A stretch of DNA of 63,004 nucleotides, filler included, from Kipferlia bialata (Eukaryota): assembly GCA_003568945.1 (NCBI GenBank). It is 5 parts of 5 records of this genome, joined end to end, with 100 filler letters (N's around TTAATTAATTAA, not from the genome) between each part and the next. Parts side by side here need not be neighbours in the genome. Positions count along the whole stretch, not along the records: positions 39,620 to 54,578 come from BDIP01000756.1; positions 54,679 to 63,004 come from BDIP01000758.1; 3 more parts are not named here. One strand, 5' to 3'. How positions within the stretch are numbered: position 1 is the first letter of the stretch; each line of letters starts with the position of its first letter. The notes beneath the pieces are model-generated. The model was not told the origin of the DNA, ran no database searches, and saw only the letters and a program-made list of their open reading frames with translations. The position numbers and the translations under genes were made by a program. Of this stretch, positions 52,401 to 63,004 are shown piece by piece.

Positions 52401-53506
52401 AGAGAGAATGACCCTGCATGAGAGACAAAGGTGACTGAGTCAGAGAGAGAGCGAAGGTAAGAAACAGAAACGGGGGATGTCGTGAGTGGAAGATAGATGT
52501 AAGAACCTGCACAAGGACTGAATACCTATGGCAGAAATAGAGAGAGTCTGTGTATTCGTACCGTATACACAGTTGCAGTGGTTGTCCAGGTCAGTGTTGG
52601 AGAGTTATAAGATTGTCACACCGTTATCAAATCTGTAAGAGTGTTCAATGATAACAGTAGGTATTGTCTCACCGTATACACAGTTGTAGTGGTTGTCCAG
52701 GTCAGTTGTGATATCGAAGAAGACATCGCCGGAGTCGGACTGGGGTAGGCAAACATAGTTAGTAATAGAATAGAAGGCATCTCAGAGCAGAGCAGATATA
52801 TATGTAAATGACTCATGTGTATACATACGCACCATCAGATACACGCTGTCCGATGTCTGGGAGGATGTGCAGTGGGCCTGACTGTAAGATACATATATAT
52901 AGATAAAGCAAGTATATATATACTACATACATGCACCACATACATAGACATATGTTCATGTATATATACAAATATATATATATATGTCTGGGAGGATGTG
53001 CAGTGGGCCTGACTGTAAGATACATATATATATACCACATACATACACCACATACATAGACATATGTTCATGTATATATATAAATATTTATATATGTCTG
53101 GGAGGATGTGCAGTGGGCCTGACCGTAAGATACTTATATATATATATATATATATATGGATAGATAGATAGAGATACCAATATATATAGACTACTATGAC
53201 GGAGACACCATGAAGTAGTTAAACGTAGATACACACAGAGCTATCTATGGATGATAGAGTCAATAGGACAATAGGAAGTTAGTCTCTTGCGGCCAGTTAG
53301 ATTTTTCTGACAGGTCACTATGACCCTAATTCTAAACAGTGTATGTCTATCCCAGAGGTGATAGTCGGAAACATTGCTACTTCTGTACACATATACATAC
53401 ACACATATATATATCTGACCTTGTACACACTGAGTATGTCTGTGCCATATGCAGTGGTTCCCACGCACTCTACTTCTCCATGGTGTGCATCATCAGGGTA
53501 GTAGAT
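49495..53506 (-). CDS. Hypothetical single-pass membrane protein, 5' part missing
   Basis: Exons IYYPDDAHHGEVECVG.., SDSGDVFFDITTDLDNHYNCVY, TM-like VCILLLTCGFWASVIYLGV followed by RSRRKR, charged helix EDEMRRNLAAQERLVRRKEE.., Ser-rich end ..DSSSSF-TGA; phases not all verified. Confidence 0.45.
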
Positions 53507-54885
53507 CTATGATGAGGATGATAAGAGGAAGTGTATATTGTGTAGTATATAGTAGTAGAGCAGGTGTCAGCAAGGGCTATACAAATATATATATGTCTCT
53601 CTCTATATAATTATGAATGTGGATATAGAAAGCGGAGGACATGTCAACATTGTTTTATCATCAGGGTAGCAGAGAAATGATGAGAATGATATATACACGT
53701 TGTGATGGGATAGACATTACAGAGGGGTGAGAATAGTTGTACCGCGTCTTTCAAGCGGAATCATTGGAATGGTAGAGAGTAGAAAGGGGGGGGGGGGAAG
53801 TAAGAGTATATCGATGTTGAATACCTTCCCCCCTTGTATGTACAGGTGACTCATTTGTTAACACTATATACCCACACTATATATATGGAGAACTGACTCA
53901 CCCATGTCTAAACCTATATCGGTGTCTATATCTATGTCTATATCTGTATCTATATCTAAATCTATGTCTATGTCTATGTCTATCTATAGCTCCAATTCTA
54001 TCTATATATATGAACTTACCCATCTGTCCTAATCTATCTGTATACCTATATATATATACAATATACTCAACCATCTGTACTGTGTGCTGGATGCATACCC
54101 TTTCACTCTCACACACTCTCTATACTACTACACTCCCTCTCTCTCCATACATATGTATATCTCCATCTGTACATATCTATATATGTACCTATATCTATCT
54201 ATCTATCTATGTATATGTATACAATATACTCACGCATATGTACTGTGTGCTGGATGCATACCCTTTCACTCACTCACACTCCCTCTCTTCAAATACAATC
54301 CCAAACTATATATATATATATATGCACTCACCCATCTGTACTATGTACTGGAAGCATCAACTATCGCACACTCACACTCTCTCTATACCCCTACATTCTC
54401 TCTCTCTATATCTACATTCTCTCTCTGTTTATAGACAGACTTAACCATCTGTCTTATTCTATCTATATACCAATATCTATATATGTAAACAATATACTGA
54501 CCCATCTGTACTATGTGCTGGAAGCATCAACTATCGCACAATCACACTCTCTCTATTCATATACATTCTCTCTCCCTCNNNNNNNNNNNNNNNNNNNNNN
54601 NNNNNNNNNNNNNNNNNNNNNNTTAATTAATTAANNNNNNNNNNNNNNNNNNNNNNNNNNNNNNNNNNNNNNNNNNNNGTTGGAAACACCCCCCCCCCCC
54701 AAACCCCCCCCCCCCCCCCCACTATACTCTGCCTCTCCCTCTCTCTCTAGCCCTCTCTCTCTTTTTGTCTAACTATTAGGAGACTGTCCCCATTTGATCA
54801 CCCAGTTCCTCTCTCTCTCTCATTCTCTCATTCTCTCTCCCCCCTCCCCCCGCCCCTCTCTCAATATTTATACCTCTCACCTCAG

Positions 54886-57759
54886 GAAACCATCACCAGT
54901 CTGACCACCCAGTCCCACTCTGCCTGTCACAACACAATACTGGGCAGTGCCACGGTATGTGCACATCACCATACTATAATCCACTACATGATACATATAT
55001 GATACAATATATACAATATGATACTGGGCAGTGCCACGGTGAGTGTATATTGCTCTACTCCAAACCTACACAACAATCCACATGTGGATAGTGGTACAAG
55101 TGTGTACTACTCTGCCTGACGAATGTACACTTATTGTTCTGCCCCTTGGATCCTCGAAGAGACATGCAATGCCATAAGCTATATACTGTATATTACAGGT
55201 GTAGTATAGTGCATTGTATTGTGGTTGTTACTATGCTCACCCATAGGTCCTGGAGGAGACGTGCAGTGCCATGTTCAGAGGGGAGGATGATGCAAAGTGA
55301 GTACATAAACTATATGACACTCAGTGTATAAGACCTCTGTATGTGAGTATGTCATTCTATTCTTGCCACTTGAGGTGCCATGTTCCGGGGAGGATGGTGC
55401 AAAGTGAGTCTGTACTGTATAGAAACTCATGGATAGATATATGTGATTGCCCGTAACCTGACTTCCTGATAGCTTAGTGGAGCCTACATATATATGTGTA
55501 TAGTCTATATATATATACTCATCCATAGGCATATTATAGCCCTTAGCATGAGTTCTCTCACTATTACAGTCGCTCACCTTTAGGCATATAATAGCACTCA
55601 GCATGACTGCCTGTCAGTTGGGTGCAGCAGGGCATATATATATACCTACATATATATATACATACATATATATATACATATGCTCACTATCAGGCACATA
55701 ATAGCCCTTAGTATGACTGCCTGTCAGTTGGGTGCAGCTGGACAGCCGATGCCATGTGACCTACAGAGGGTACTAGGTATAGTGTAGACATATACATACA
55801 TACATATATACATATATATATATATGTCTGTGTGTGTATAGTGTTTTCAGCCTCAGAGACATGCCCTATCTCTCTCTACATATATATTTATGCAAATTTG
55901 CATCCAGACCTCGCCTCCAGGGCCGGAGACCTATCCTCTCTCTCTCTCTCTCCCTTTGGGCAAACTTTCTCTCTAATACATTCTACCCTCAGACATCCCC
56001 TCCAGTGTCAGTCACACTCTATATATTCAACTATATATTCCACCCCCCCCCCTCTTCTGTATATTGTACTCACCCCAGACCTCTCCTCGAGTGTCAGAGA
56101 CATATCCCTCACAACACTGGGGCAGAGTGAGGAGACTGAGAGGAATAGGTACGCATATATAGTAATGTATATGTATGTATATCGAAGCATTGTGTGTAGT
56201 AGAATGTTGTGTCCCTCACAACACTGGGGCAGAGTGAGGAGACAGAGGGGAGGAGGTACGGTACATCATGTACTCATACGTGTGTACATGATGGAGTGTG
56301 GTCAAGTAAAGTCAATTCTTATCTCTAGGGCTGAGCTGGCCTTCTCCGTGTCCCAGTGTATCTCCCTCCCTCTCTCTCAAAACTCCTACCATCCACATAC
56401 TCACACTCACTATCAGGGCTGAACTGTCTTTCCCTTAAATATGTATATGTATCTGACCATACATCTCATCTACTAGGGCTGAGCTGACCCTCTCTGTGTC
56501 CCAGTGCCTGTCTGACCTGTACACCAGCCCAACAGGTGAGTGAATATGTATAGTATGAAGTGACTATTCTTACTGTATTCAAATAGTGTATAGTTTTAGC
56601 CATGCACACTCTCTTTCTCTCTCACCCTCCCGCTATTTCACTTGTATACAACAACCACCTGTCCACCCTGGGTCAGGTCTATATAGTGTACAGTATACTA
56701 TACAGATACTAATTTTATAGATACTATGCTAACCACTAGGCTACCTAGTCTATAACAGCCATCTGTCCACTGTGGGTCAGGTCCATAATTCATATGATAT
56801 ACATACACTATATACATATATATGTATAAATGAATAGTATATCTATACAATACACACTCTTACACTCAGGATACCTTGTATACAACAGCCACCTGTCCAC
56901 TGTCGGTCAGGTCTGCTTCTACGTGGCCCATGATGCATTCAATGACAGGTACACAAACACTCACTCTCCCTCTCTCTTTGTCTATATATATGTGTACTCT
57001 CTCTATGTATGTATATACACTTGTTGGAATGCTTCCACGTGGCACACGACGCATTCTCAGACAGGTACTCTCTCTCTCTGTATATAGACATATATATATG
57101 TATATAAACATATATATATGTTTATATATGTGTGTGTGTGTGTTCTTCTCACTCTGTACTTATTTCCAGAGTCTCCGCCGTGGCTGACCAGGCACTGCAG
57201 ACAGCTGCAGAGCTATCCCAGAGCATACAGGTATGTATATACACTCTATATGGTGCATCTCTCTCTCTTCATGTGTCTCTCTGACCCCCAGACCTCGGTG
57301 TCTGACCTGAGGGACTCGGTCTCAGATGGTGAGTACACATTACTAGTATATGTACATATAGGCCGGTCTGGCCCTCCAGGCACGTAGATATGTGCGTGTG
57401 TCAGAATGTATATATATATATGATGTACATATACTTACCTTAGGCATGGCCGGCCTTGCCCTCCAGGCACAGCTGACAGCACAGCAGATGGGGGATCAGT
57501 TAGGGGATTTAAACAATAGAGGTGTGTTATGATATATATATAGAGAGATAGAGAGAGAGAGAGGGGGGGGGGATGACAGCACATCTGAATGGGGGTCAAC
57601 TATATGTCTGAATGAGAGAGCTATGTTTTATATCAAACTATATACTAATATTACTATTCCCCTACTGTGAATGAAATCGATACTATTACATCTGCTCACA
57701 TCCAGCCTCTGAGATCAGCATTCAGCAGGCTGTGATTCATTTATCTACAATACTATAGT

Positions 57760-57793
<34 letters not shown>

Positions 57794-60700
57794 GTATGTA
57801 TATATATGTATATATATGCTAACCCCCAGCCTCTGAGATCAGCACCCAGCAGGCAGTGATAGTGGACATGCAGCAGGTGTGTATGTATGCATATATGTAT
57901 ATAATTGTATATGTATATATATATGTGTGTGTGTGTGGGGAGGGGGCATGTACAGGGCTCTATCAATAGTGTTTATGACTATTGTTACAATTATATCTGC
58001 TTATATCTGTATTTATATGTATGCAGTGATATATATGCAATGTACAATGTGACCAAGTATTCAGTGATATTTACATACAAATACCGATGTATATGTATAT
58101 CTCAGAAGATGGTGGGACGCTTCCTAATCGAAGAGACTTCTCTCTCTCTCCCCTCTGTCCCCTAGTTACACCCCAGGGTGTCATATCCCTGATCGAAGAG
58201 ACCCTGGACGGTGCAATACAGACTGCGCTTGAGCACCTGATAGGGATACAGGATATCACGCTGGGTCTACACGGGAGGTATACTCTCTCTCTTTCTCTCT
58301 CTCTCTATATATGTATATACTTGTATATATATTTATTCTTCTCTGACTCTATCTATGTATTTATTCTTCTCTAACTCCAGTATGGCCTTGATGCAGTCCC
58401 AACTACAGTTTGACAAGGCATCTCTCTCTCTCTCTCATATCAGTATGGCCTCTATGCAGTCCCAGCTGCAGATCGACAAGGCAGAGCTGGTGGCATTGCA
58501 TAGAGAGGTACAGTGTGTAATAATACATACATACATATATATATATATAGTTACTATATAGTTACTATATAATATAGTATCTATATAATAAAATGTAGAG
58601 AGAGAGAAGGTATAGATTGACAAGGCAGAGCTGGTGGCACTGCATAAGGAGGTATAGTATTGAGATATATATACATATATATATGTGTGTGTGTATGTAT
58701 AGAGAGAGAGAGCGAGATGGAGATCGACAAGGCAGAGCTGGTGGCACTGCATCGAGAGGTATACATGTAGTATGTATATATAAATGTGTGTGTATATGTA
58801 TGTATAGAAGAGAGGGAGAGAGAGAGACATAGGGAGGTACAGATCAATATATATTTATATACTTACTTATGTATGTATATATATATAGAGACCCATAAGG
58901 TACAGATTGACAAGGCAGAGCTGGTGGCACTGCATAGGGAGGTATTACAACATCAAGTGGTGTATTCTTATACTATAATATAGTGTATAGTATGTAACCA
59001 GCTGCAGATCGACAAGGCAGAGTAGAAGTACATGTAGGGTGAGAGAGAGCAGGACTGACATTGCATAGAGTTGAGACTTGTGTATTGGGGTGGAAGTGTT
59101 TCTCTCATTGTCTCGAATCCATGTATAATTGATATTGAGAGGTACTAACACCCAGGGCATTGAGCAGAGGCGTGCACTGCTAGACTCCCCTCTCTCTCTC
59201 CCGCTATATCATTGATATGTAGAGTAATGAATATATATGTGTGTACAAACATACACTCACCAGTCCATTGAGCAGAGTAGTTGTATATATAGATGTATGG
59301 GAATATAGTCATTACATGTATACACTCACCAGTAGGGCATTGAGCAGAGGCGTGCACTGCTCGAGGACCAGTCAGAGCTACTGCAGATGTCTAGGGTATG
59401 GTTATATATAGTATATACTCATTTACTGCAGTCGTATTTTGTACATTACTCTAGCAGTACACAAATAGTTTAGTAAATAGTATACAACTGTATACTAGGA
59501 CCTATCAGGAGCATCATGCTGCCTTAGCTGAGTTGGAGAAGGACACTGCGTATAGATACTATTTACTCTATTCAATAATTATATCTATATATATGTATAT
59601 ATATCACAAATCATCTCCATACGTATATTCACCCCCAGCAACATAGAGATGCCATGGCTGAGCTGGACAAGGACACAGCTGTGGTCAGCGCACGCATCAA
59701 CAACATCGAGGATGGGATAGATAGCGCTGCGAAGGTACGATGGAAATACAAGTATTGAGGACCCGATATACAAATAGTATACTGCAGTGTTCAGCACCCG
59801 TATCAGCGGGATATAGTACGGGATAGACAGTGCAGCAAGGGTATCCAGTAGCTATGCAGCCATCTATCTCTCTCTTTCTCTTTCTCTCTCTCCCTCTACA
59901 CCCTTATTAGAGGTTCTCAGTGATATGCGTGAGAATTCAGAGGAGACCATACTTCTCTCTCTCTCTCTCTCTCTCTACACCCTTAATATCAGGTCCTTAG
60001 TGATATGCGTGAGAGTGCGGAGGAGACCAGCGAGACGACAGTCAAGATATTGAAGGCTCAGGTGTGTGAACTAACACTTCAAATGTGTATATACGAGTTA
60101 CAATTACAAGAGATCCATCACGTAAGTGACAGCAAATAGAAACACATTCTATAGTGAAACTGTATCTTGAAGTGCATACTATTATTGTTTCGGAGATTAA
60201 CCCCAGGAGGCCGTTGGTCAGCTCATGAGTGTGCTGCCATTCGTCACAATGTCAGGGTATGTGCATGTATATATATAGTNNNNNNNNNNNNNNNNNNNNN
60301 NNNNNNNNNNNNNNNNNNNNNNNNNNNNNNNNNNNNNNNNNNNNNNNNNNNNNNNNNNNNNNNNNNNNNNNNNNNNNNNNNNNNNNNNNNNNNNNNNNNN
60401 NNNNNNNNNNNNNNNNNNNNNNNNNNNNNNNNNNNNNNNNNNNNNNNNNNNNNNNNNNNNNNNNNNNNNNNNNNNNNNNNNNNNNNNNNNNNNNNNNNNN
60501 NNNNNNNNNNNNNNNNNNNNNNNNNNNNNNNNNNNNNNNNNNNNNNNNNNNNNNNNNNNNNNNNNNNNNNNNNNNNNNNNNNNNNNNNNNNNNNNNNNNN
60601 NNNNNNNNNNNNNNNNNNNNNNNNNNNNNNNNNNNNNNNNNNNNNNNNNNNNNNNNNNNNNNNNNNNNNNNNNNNNNNNNNNNNNNNNNNNNNNNNNNNN

Positions 60701-62887
60701 NNNNNNNNNNNNNNNNNNNNNNNNNNNNNNNNNNNNNNNNNNNNNNNNNNNNNNNNNNNNNNNNNNNNNNNNNNNNNNNNNNNNNNNNNNNNNNNNNNNN
60801 NNNNNNNNNNNNNNNNNNNNNNNNNNNNNNNNNNNNNNNNNNNNNNNNNNNNNNNNNNNNNNNNNNNNNNNNNNNNNNNNNNNNNNNNNNNNNNNNNNNN
60901 NNNNNNNNNNNNNNNNNNNNNNNNNNNNNNNNNNNNNNNNNNNNNNNNNNNNNNNNNNNNNNNNNNNNNNNNNNNNNNNNNNNNNNNNNNNNNNNNNNNN
61001 NNNNNNNNNNNNNNNNNNNNNNNNNNNNNNNNNNNNNNNNNNNNNNNNNNNNNNNNNNNNNNNNNNNNNNNNNNNNNNNNNNNNNNNNNNNNNNNNNNNN
61101 NNNNNNNNNNNNNNNNNNNNNNNNNNNNNNNNNNNNNNNNNNNNNNNNNNNNNNNNNNNNNNNNNNNNNNNNNNNNNNNNNNNNNNNNNNNNNNNNNNNN
61201 NNNNNNNNNNNNNNNNNNNNNNNNNNNNNNNNNNNTGTTACTGTATGTATGTACATATATGCAGTAATGTCTGTCCTTCTATCTGGCAGTGACTGTGGTG
61301 CTGACAGTTATAGCTGGCTGTATTAGAGGTATGTCCAACACCATTTTCTAATTAATACTGTCCTTGCGGGGTGTATTAGAGATAGGATATAGACATTCAT
61401 ATACACATTCATACATTCATATATGGGTATATATACACCAGTGTCTGTCCGTCTCTCTGGCAGGGTAGAGTACTCACTGATACTGATACTGTTACTGGTT
61501 AACATGTGTCCCTCTGCAAATAGCACATATACATTCACTGCCTAGATATTTCATAACTCTGTCTCTAGTCTATTCATGTTCATGTAAAACTTAATATTTG
61601 CATTATGTCCCATCACCTTGCATCTCTCTCTCTATCTCTCTCTCCTACACATTTACATTGACACATAGGCTCCAGGTCCCGTCCTCTTGTCTACAAGAGT
61701 CCCCTCCTTGTATATACCATGTGCCATTTGTCATAATATGAACAAGCATACTAACCACTAGGTTCGAGGTCCAGGCCCCTTGTCTACATGACTATTGGTG
61801 CCGTCACAGAGGCAAGCACGAGACAGGTGTGTATAGATACTCTCTCACACACACAAACCCATACTTCATATGTACATACATTCTGGAGAGAGGTAGAGAA
61901 TAGTGATGCATAACTCTCTCACACCTGCCCGACTGCAAATCTTCGGAACTTGTACATATCTGTATCTCTCTTCTCTCTCTCTCTCTCTCGTTCACTTATA
62001 GTATTCCAATACGACATTTTCCTTAATGATCATTTAGAGTACTTATTCACATGCCCTCACTGCCTCTGTTATCTCTCTCTCGATATATATTTATATATAT
62101 CGATTCATGTATATTCCATATATGTCTATATTCCGATATATGTGCATGTGTATACCTGTCTCATCCCTTGGCCCTAGCCGCCTCTGTTCTGTTGAGCCTG
62201 GACATGTCTCTTTCTCTCTCCCTTTCTCTGTATATATATATACATATAGAGTGTCTGACTAATCTTAGGCACTTGCCGCCTCTGTCCTGTTCAGCCTTGA
62301 CGTGGGTGCCACAGACACAGAGTGGACACCGTTCGTAGGTGTGATACTCTGATACGTACTGGTCAGTTAGACTCATTATGTGCACTGTCTATTCAGCAAT
62401 GTGGTCTTACCTAAGGTACTAATCGGATGTTCCTCCTTGACGCCTGTGTGTGGAGTGTCAGACTCATATTCACACTGGGCGGACTGAGTGCATTATTGAG
62501 ATCGGCTGGGTGAGTATGCTTGTAATTATTGAATGTACATTCATGTGTATATACATACTCATTATGTACATTCATGTGTATGAATGTATTCACACTGGGG
62601 GGTTTGAGTGCGTTTTTGAGATCAGCTGTGTGTGTTATACACACTAATCTCTATATATGTCCAAATTATCATCTTACTCACTATTCATTGACTCACCCCC
62701 AGCGTAGTGTCTGGTGAGAACAGGGTGACAGGGTGGGATGTCAGATATACTCATGTAGTATATTATATATATATGCTGTATCTCTCATGATTTACATTAT
62801 TGACTCACCTCTAGGGTTGTGTCTGGTGAGAACAGGGTGACTGGGTGGGACGTGGATGTCATCAGACGGGCTATGGGCAAGGAATAG
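54886..62887 (+). CDS. GEX1: GEX1/KAR5/Brambleberry family nuclear-envelope fusion protein (5' end and one internal block in gaps)
   Basis: Cys-rich domain SACHNTILGSAT|VLEETCSAM..DAK|HIIALSMTACQLGAAGQPMPC..SVSQCLSDL..GYLVYNSHLSTVGQVCFYVAHDAFNDR, long coiled coil, then hydrophobic segments TVVLTVIAGCI, SRPLVYMTIGAVTE, CVWSVRLIFTLGGLSALL. Confidence 0.8.
58381..59020 (+). repeat. Exon-echo cluster around GEX1 exon 58444-58507
   Basis: 5'-half copy at 58381; 3'-half plus GT copies 58615-58651, 58722-58758, 58905-58941; partial copy ~59000-59020. Confidence 0.92.
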
Positions 62888-63004
62888 ATGGAAATGGGTT
62901 TATGTGTCATATTATAGATTGCATACGAAATGCAGGAATACATATTGTATACTCATCTGTGACTCCAGATACAAATGTACCCTCCATACACACACATATG
63001 CCCT

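Overview
Intron-rich eukaryotic genomic DNA, not prokaryotic. It consists of five unlinked scaffold pieces joined by artificial 100-nt N/TTAATTAATTAA linkers (9368-9467, 24453-24552, 39520-39619, 54579-54678). Short GT-AG introns with a branch point fused to the acceptor (CT[A/C/G]AC-CCC-[C/T]AG), (TA)n/(GA)n/(CT)n-rich introns and the gene set suggest a free-living fornicate such as Kipferlia; this is inference only. Recognisable spliced genes are LRRC61-like, SmD1, eIF4B-like, AKTIP/UEV-like, FDXACB1 (DUF2431/Bmt5-like), SepSecS, PGK, a TRANK1-like SF1 helicase, a RING protein, calcineurin A, coactosin, PPWD1, tRNA-Leu(CAG) and a GEX1/KAR5/Brambleberry nuclear-fusion protein. The most striking unexplained structure is a pervasive set of intronic 'exon echoes'. 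Upstream introns carry 1-4 copies of acceptor plus the 5' half of the next exon, and downstream introns carry 1-4 copies of the exon 3' half plus donor. The copies differ from the live exon mainly at synonymous codon positions, and in several exons the 5' and 3' halves meet with a short overlap. This suggests remnants of formerly functional alleles split or displaced by insertion of another exon copy; an assembly artefact must still be excluded. Exon boundaries were read by eye and are approximate unless stated.
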